Shown here one piece after another: positions 28,307 through 32,000 of a DNA stretch of 32,000 bases. The notes beneath the pieces were generated by a model. The model did no database searches. It saw only the letters and a list, made by a program, of their open reading frames with translations, and was not told where the DNA came from. The DNA comes from Synechococcus elongatus PCC 6301 (GTDB taxonomy: Bacteria > Cyanobacteriota > Cyanobacteriia > Synechococcales > Synechococcaceae), in assembly GCF_000010065.1 (NCBI RefSeq), contig NC_006576.1, forward strand, positions 1,920,001 through 1,952,000, given 5' to 3'. Both the position numbers and the translations under genes were made by a program. The stretch's first letter is position 1, and the number at the start of each line of letters is the position of its first letter.

Positions 28307-29500
28307 ATGGCAGCGAATTTACTCGAACAACTCCGCGGAATGACGGTGGTTGTCGCAGACACCGGCGGCATTCAGTCGATCGCGACGTTCACCCCTCGCG
28401 ATGCCACCACCAACCCTTCTCTGATCACAGCCGCGGCGCAAATGCCGCAGTATCAAAGCATTATTGATGACACGCTCCGCCAAGTTCGGACTGAGCTAGG
28501 CGCAGAAGCCCCTGTAGAAGCGATCGTGGCTGAAGCCATCGATGAACTGTTTGTCGCTTTTGGCTTGCGCATTCTCGAAATTGTGCCAGGGCGCGTTTCC
28601 ACAGAAGTTGATGCTCGGCTCTCCTACGACACCGAAGCCACGATCGCTAAAGCCCGTAAGCTGATTGGGCTGTACGAGCGGGCAGGCATCCGCCGCGATC
28701 GCGTGCTGATTAAAATTGCCTCAACTTGGGAAGGCATCCGGGCTGCTGAAGTCCTGGAAAAAGAAGGCATTCATTGCAACCTGACCCTGCTGTTTGGCTT
28801 CCACCAAGCTGTGGCCTGCGCTGAGGCCGGCGTCACCCTCATCTCGCCTTTTGTTGGTCGCATCCTCGATTGGTACAAGAAGGAATCCGGACGCGACGCT
28901 TTCCCAGGGGCAGAAGATCCGGGCGTCCAGTCCGTCACCCAGATTTACAACTACTACAAAAAATTCGGCTATGCGACGGAAGTGATGGGCGCTAGCTTCC
29001 GTAACATCAGCGAGATCATTGAACTGGCGGGCTGCGACCTCCTGACGATCTCGCCGGGGCTACTGGAAGAGTTACGCCAGACCGAAGCGCTACTGGAGCG
29101 CAAGCTCGATCCCGCGATCGCTGAAAGCCTTGAGCTGGAGCAAATTCACCTCGATCGCGATCGCTTTGCTGAACTCCACCAAGCCGATCGCATGGCCAAT
29201 GAAAAGCTAGACGAAGGCATTCGTGGTTTTTGCAAGGCGATCGATACCCTCGAAGGCTTGCTTAAGCAACGACTAGCCGTGCTGGAAGGCAAAGCCGTTT
29301 TCCACCACGCTGCCCACGAAGTTTTCAGCGTCTGCGACCTTGATGGCGATGGCTTTATCACCCGTGAGGAATGGCTGGGCAGCGATGCTGTCTTTGATGC
29401 ACTCGACCTGAACAAGGACGGCAAGCTCAACGAAGAGGACTTGCTCGCCGGTCTCGGGGCTACCTTGCAAATGGCGGGGCGAGCGGTTGCGACCGTCTAA
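28307..29500 (+). CDS. tal: Transaldolase with C-terminal EF-hand pair
   Basis: The N-terminal ~320 aa are classical TalB-type (DATTNPSLI, active-site [25 protein letters not shown]). The C-terminal extension carries two canonical 12-residue EF loops: [12 protein letters not shown] and [12 protein letters not shown]. Confidence 0.95.
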   Translation: MAANLLEQLRGMTVVVADTGGIQSIATFTPRDATTNPSLITAAAQMPQYQSIIDDTLRQVRTELGAEAPVEAIVAEAIDELFVAFGLRILEIVPGRVSTEVDARLSYDTEATIAKARKLIGLYERAGIRRDRVLIKIASTWEGIRAAEVLEKEGIHCNLTLLFGFHQAVACAEAGVTLISPFVGRILDWYKKESGRDAFPGAEDPGVQSVTQIYNYYKKFGYATEVMGASFRNISEIIELAGCDLLTISPGLLEELRQTEALLERKLDPAIAESLELEQIHLDRDRFAELHQADRMANEKLDEGIRGFCKAIDTLEGLLKQRLAVLEGKAVFHHAAHEVFSVCDLDGDGFITREEWLGSDAVFDALDLNKDGKLNEEDLLAGLGATLQMAGRAVATV

Positions 29501-29526
29501 AAAGCGCTGACGCTGTGTTGATCGAA

Positions 29527-29570
29527 GACCTCAACTTGCCGTGATCGCAGTGGGTTGAGGTCCATTTTTT
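29527..29570 (+). terminator. Rho-independent terminator after tal
   Basis: GACCTCAAC-(18 nt)-GTTGAGGTC followed by CATTTTTTG. Confidence 0.7.
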
Positions 29571-29651
29571 GTGGGATCTCGTCCGTCTCGAACAAAATCC
29601 TGAGTCTGGACTGCCTAGGATAGCCGGGACTTTGTGGGTGTGGAACGAGAC

Positions 29652-30956
29652 ATGGATTCTTTGGCAGCCTTGGCGCGCGATCGGGGCATTCGTTACTTTC
29701 TGATTGCCTTCACCGATCTATTTGGCGTACAGCGAGCCAAGCTGGTGCCAGCCAGCAGCATCGACCTCATGGCCACTAGTGGTGCGGGCTTTGCCGGTTT
29801 TGCAGCTTGGCTTGATCTCAGCCCAGCGGATGCGGACGTTTTAGCCATTCCCGATCGCGACAGTCTGTTCCAACTGCCTTGGCAACCGGAAGTCGCTTGG
29901 ATGCCAGCAGATCTCTACCTCAACGATCAACCGCTGGAGCAAGCGCCGCGCTGGGTACTAAAGCGGGTTCTCTCGGTGGCTGAGTCCCTCGGCTATCGCC
30001 CCAAAACAGGGGTGGAGTGTGAGTTCTTCCTTCTGGATGAAACCGGAGATGCGATCGCTGATCCGCGCGATCGCCAGGCGAAACCTTGCTACGACCAGCA
30101 GTCCCTGATGCGGCGCTACGACCTGATTACCCAGATCAGTGAAGCGATGGAGGAACTGGGCTGGGGGCCGTATCAAAGTGATCATGAAGATGCCGACGGT
30201 CAGTTTGAAATGAACTGGACCTATGCGGATGCGCTAGTCACTGCCGATCGCCAGGCTTTCTTCAAGTACATGGTCAAAACTCTCGCGGAACGGCAAGGAT
30301 TAAGGGCTACCTTTATGCCCAAGCCCTTCGCGGATTTGACCGGCAATGGTTGCCACATGCACCTTTCACTCTGGAATCGGGAGGGCACAACCAATACTTT
30401 TGTCGATCCGGTTGCGACTGCTCCCCTCTCGACCCTGGGCTATCAGTTTATTGGTGGATTGCTGCATTCGGCGGCATCCCTCTGCGCCCTCACCAACCCA
30501 ACCATCAACTCCTATAAGCGGATTAATGCACCGGCGACGACCTCGGGTGCGACTTGGTCTCCGAACGGTATTAGCTACAGTGGCAACAACCGCACCCACC
30601 TGATCCGTATTCCCGATGCCGGTCGCTTTGAGTTGCGACTCGCCGATGGGGCTGCTAACCCTTACCTGTTGCCTGCTGCCGCGATCGCTGCCGGCTTAGA
30701 TGGTATTCAGAACAAACGCGATCCAGGCCCCCGCTACGACAATGACAACTATGCTCAGCCCTTACCACCCGGCACAGTTCCGACCTTGCCCGAGCATTTG
30801 CTGGATGCCCTGCGATCGCTACAAGAAAGCACTGTTCTCACCGAAGGTTTGGGAGCTGCGTTCACAAGTGCATACCTCAAGCTTAAGCATCAGGAATGGC
30901 GCAGTTTTTGTGCTGAAATTACCCCTTGGGAGCGCGCTACAACCTTGGATTGCTAG
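29652..30956 (+). CDS. Glutamine-synthetase-family (type I-like) ligase paralog, substrate unknown
   Basis: It has a GS beta-grasp N-terminus (IRYFLIAFTDLFGVQRAKLVP), the ATP-site signature KPFADLTGNGCHMHLSLW, and NSYKRI...NRTHLIRIP. ATG 29652 (MDSLAAL) is preferred over GTG 29634. Confidence 0.85.
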   Translation: MDSLAALARDRGIRYFLIAFTDLFGVQRAKLVPASSIDLMATSGAGFAGFAAWLDLSPADADVLAIPDRDSLFQLPWQPEVAWMPADLYLNDQPLEQAPRWVLKRVLSVAESLGYRPKTGVECEFFLLDETGDAIADPRDRQAKPCYDQQSLMRRYDLITQISEAMEELGWGPYQSDHEDADGQFEMNWTYADALVTADRQAFFKYMVKTLAERQGLRATFMPKPFADLTGNGCHMHLSLWNREGTTNTFVDPVATAPLSTLGYQFIGGLLHSAASLCALTNPTINSYKRINAPATTSGATWSPNGISYSGNNRTHLIRIPDAGRFELRLADGAANPYLLPAAAIAAGLDGIQNKRDPGPRYDNDNYAQPLPPGTVPTLPEHLLDALRSLQESTVLTEGLGAAFTSAYLKLKHQEWRSFCAEITPWERATTLDC

Positions 30957-32000
30957 CCCCATTGCCCACCTGTAACCAGCGTTGTAACTGCTGTTCTTCG
31001 TGGCGGCGTAAGCGTTGCCCTTTGCGGGTAAATTGCCGCCGCACGATCGCCGCACCAAACCCCAGTTGTACGTCGGCCCCGAGGGCTTGAAGGGGTACTG
31101 CAGCAGAACTGACGGTAAAGACGGGCAGTCCTTGTAGATCGGGCAATAGGCTCAGCAGAATCACTTCGATTGGCCAAAAGGCGAGTTGCGAATCCTGAAG
31201 CACTAGGGGTTCAACCCCAAGGTCAGCGATCGCGGTTGTCAGCTGCTGGAGTTTGGTGGCACTGTCTCGGGGATGGGGTTTGAGTAGCAGGGCCGACGGG
31301 AGTGACTGGTCAGCCAAAAACTGGCGATAGGCTTCAATCTCAGCCGTAAGGCTGATGTAGGCGCCGTCAGCTTGCTCTGAGAGGTTGGCTGTCAGCAATA
31401 CGCCCCACTCTCGCTGAGCCGTCAGTTGTCTCAAACTGGCGATCGCTTGTGTGGGTAAGGCGTTGGCAAGGGTATGTAGGTAGTCCTCAAGGTCAGACAA
31501 AGGGACTGGCTGGCTGGGGAAGGGAGGTTGGCGATCCCCTGAAAAGATGAAATGACCACCATCGGCTGGAAGTGGTTTGGTAGCTGGTGACCACCAAGAT
31601 CGCAGCCGCGATCGCCAGCCCCGCCGCTGCTGCAGCACAGAGTCGGCAGCCACGTAGACCCCCAGCCCATCGCCGTAGCACAGGCAGCGTGCTGTTGGAT
31701 AAAGCTGTCGCAGAAGTTGTTCTTTCGGACGCCAGCCGGTGGCCAGCCACAGTTCATCGACGGTCTCGAGTCCAATCTCTTGTCGGAGTTGTTGTTGTTC
31801 TAGAGCTGATAGGGAGCGCCCCAGCCAACTGGTAAACCGCTCGGGAGCGATTGCTGATCCCGTCAAACCCGGCTGGAGCTGGGTTGCCATGCGGGCAACT
31901 TCGGCAGAGAAAGCCGCAAAACGATCGCGCGGTGCCCATCCCGAAAAGCAGTAGCGATCGGCTTGGAGTCCTTGACTGCGGAGCGCGGCGATCGCCGCAA
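30937..32000 (-). CDS. Hypothetical protein; 5' end outside the window
   Basis: The frame of ORF 30937..31890 stays open to the window edge (...AAIAALRSQGLQADRYCFSGWAPRDRFAAFSAEVARMATQ...). Composition is host-like with HIP1 sites. No motif was recognised. Confidence 0.6.
   Translation of the reverse strand, partial: AAIAALRSQGLQADRYCFSGWAPRDRFAAFSAEVARMATQLQPGLTGSAIAPERFTSWLGRSLSALEQQQLRQEIGLETVDELWLATGWRPKEQLLRQLYPTARCLCYGDGLGVYVAADSVLQQRRGWRSRLRSWWSPATKPLPADGGHFIFSGDRQPPFPSQPVPLSDLEDYLHTLANALPTQAIASLRQLTAQREWGVLLTANLSEQADGAYISLTAEIEAYRQFLADQSLPSALLLKPHPRDSATKLQQLTTAIADLGVEPLVLQDSQLAFWPIEVILLSLLPDLQGLPVFTVSSAAVPLQALGADVQLGFGAAIVRRQFTRKGQRLRRHEEQQLQRWLQVGNGASNPRL

Overview
The window looks like a chromosomal segment of a Synechococcus elongatus (PCC 7942/6301-type) freshwater cyanobacterium. 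This rests on composition (about 55% G+C by hand counts), saturation with the HIP1 octamer GCGATCGC, and gene content recalled from memory; no database search was possible. It is densely packed with about 35 genes, mostly recognisable housekeeping ones. These are an HD hydrolase, gshB-grxC, gatC, ycf3, a Cu-type P1B-ATPase (ctaA-like), atpD-atpC, CIRCE-controlled groES-groEL, murG, tRNA-Arg(ACG), a PLP decarboxylase, 2-Cys peroxiredoxin, gcvT, an OmpR-type response regulator, nadK, folP, a PAM68-like protein, rpsO, ruvA, a transaldolase with a C-terminal EF-hand pair, and a GlnA-family ligase. The stand-out is a ~1.7 kb AT-rich, HIP1-free two-gene cassette (about 21.16-22.9 kb) between gcvT and the response regulator. 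It encodes a protein ending in a J domain (HPD), translationally coupled to a 336-aa protein with an HTH-like N-terminus and a C-terminal HNH nuclease motif. I cannot assign it to any described system; it is either a candidate chaperone-linked nuclease module or a mobile-element remnant. Other points worth a second look:
- An orphan higA antitoxin gene disrupted by a 5-bp tandem duplication.
- Two diverged, inversely oriented copies of a ~150-200 nt hairpin-rich intergenic element (3.7 kb and 10.9 kb).
- The EF-hand transaldolase fusion.
- Several uncharacterised small or membrane proteins.
No CRISPR array, rRNA, transposase or integrase was seen.
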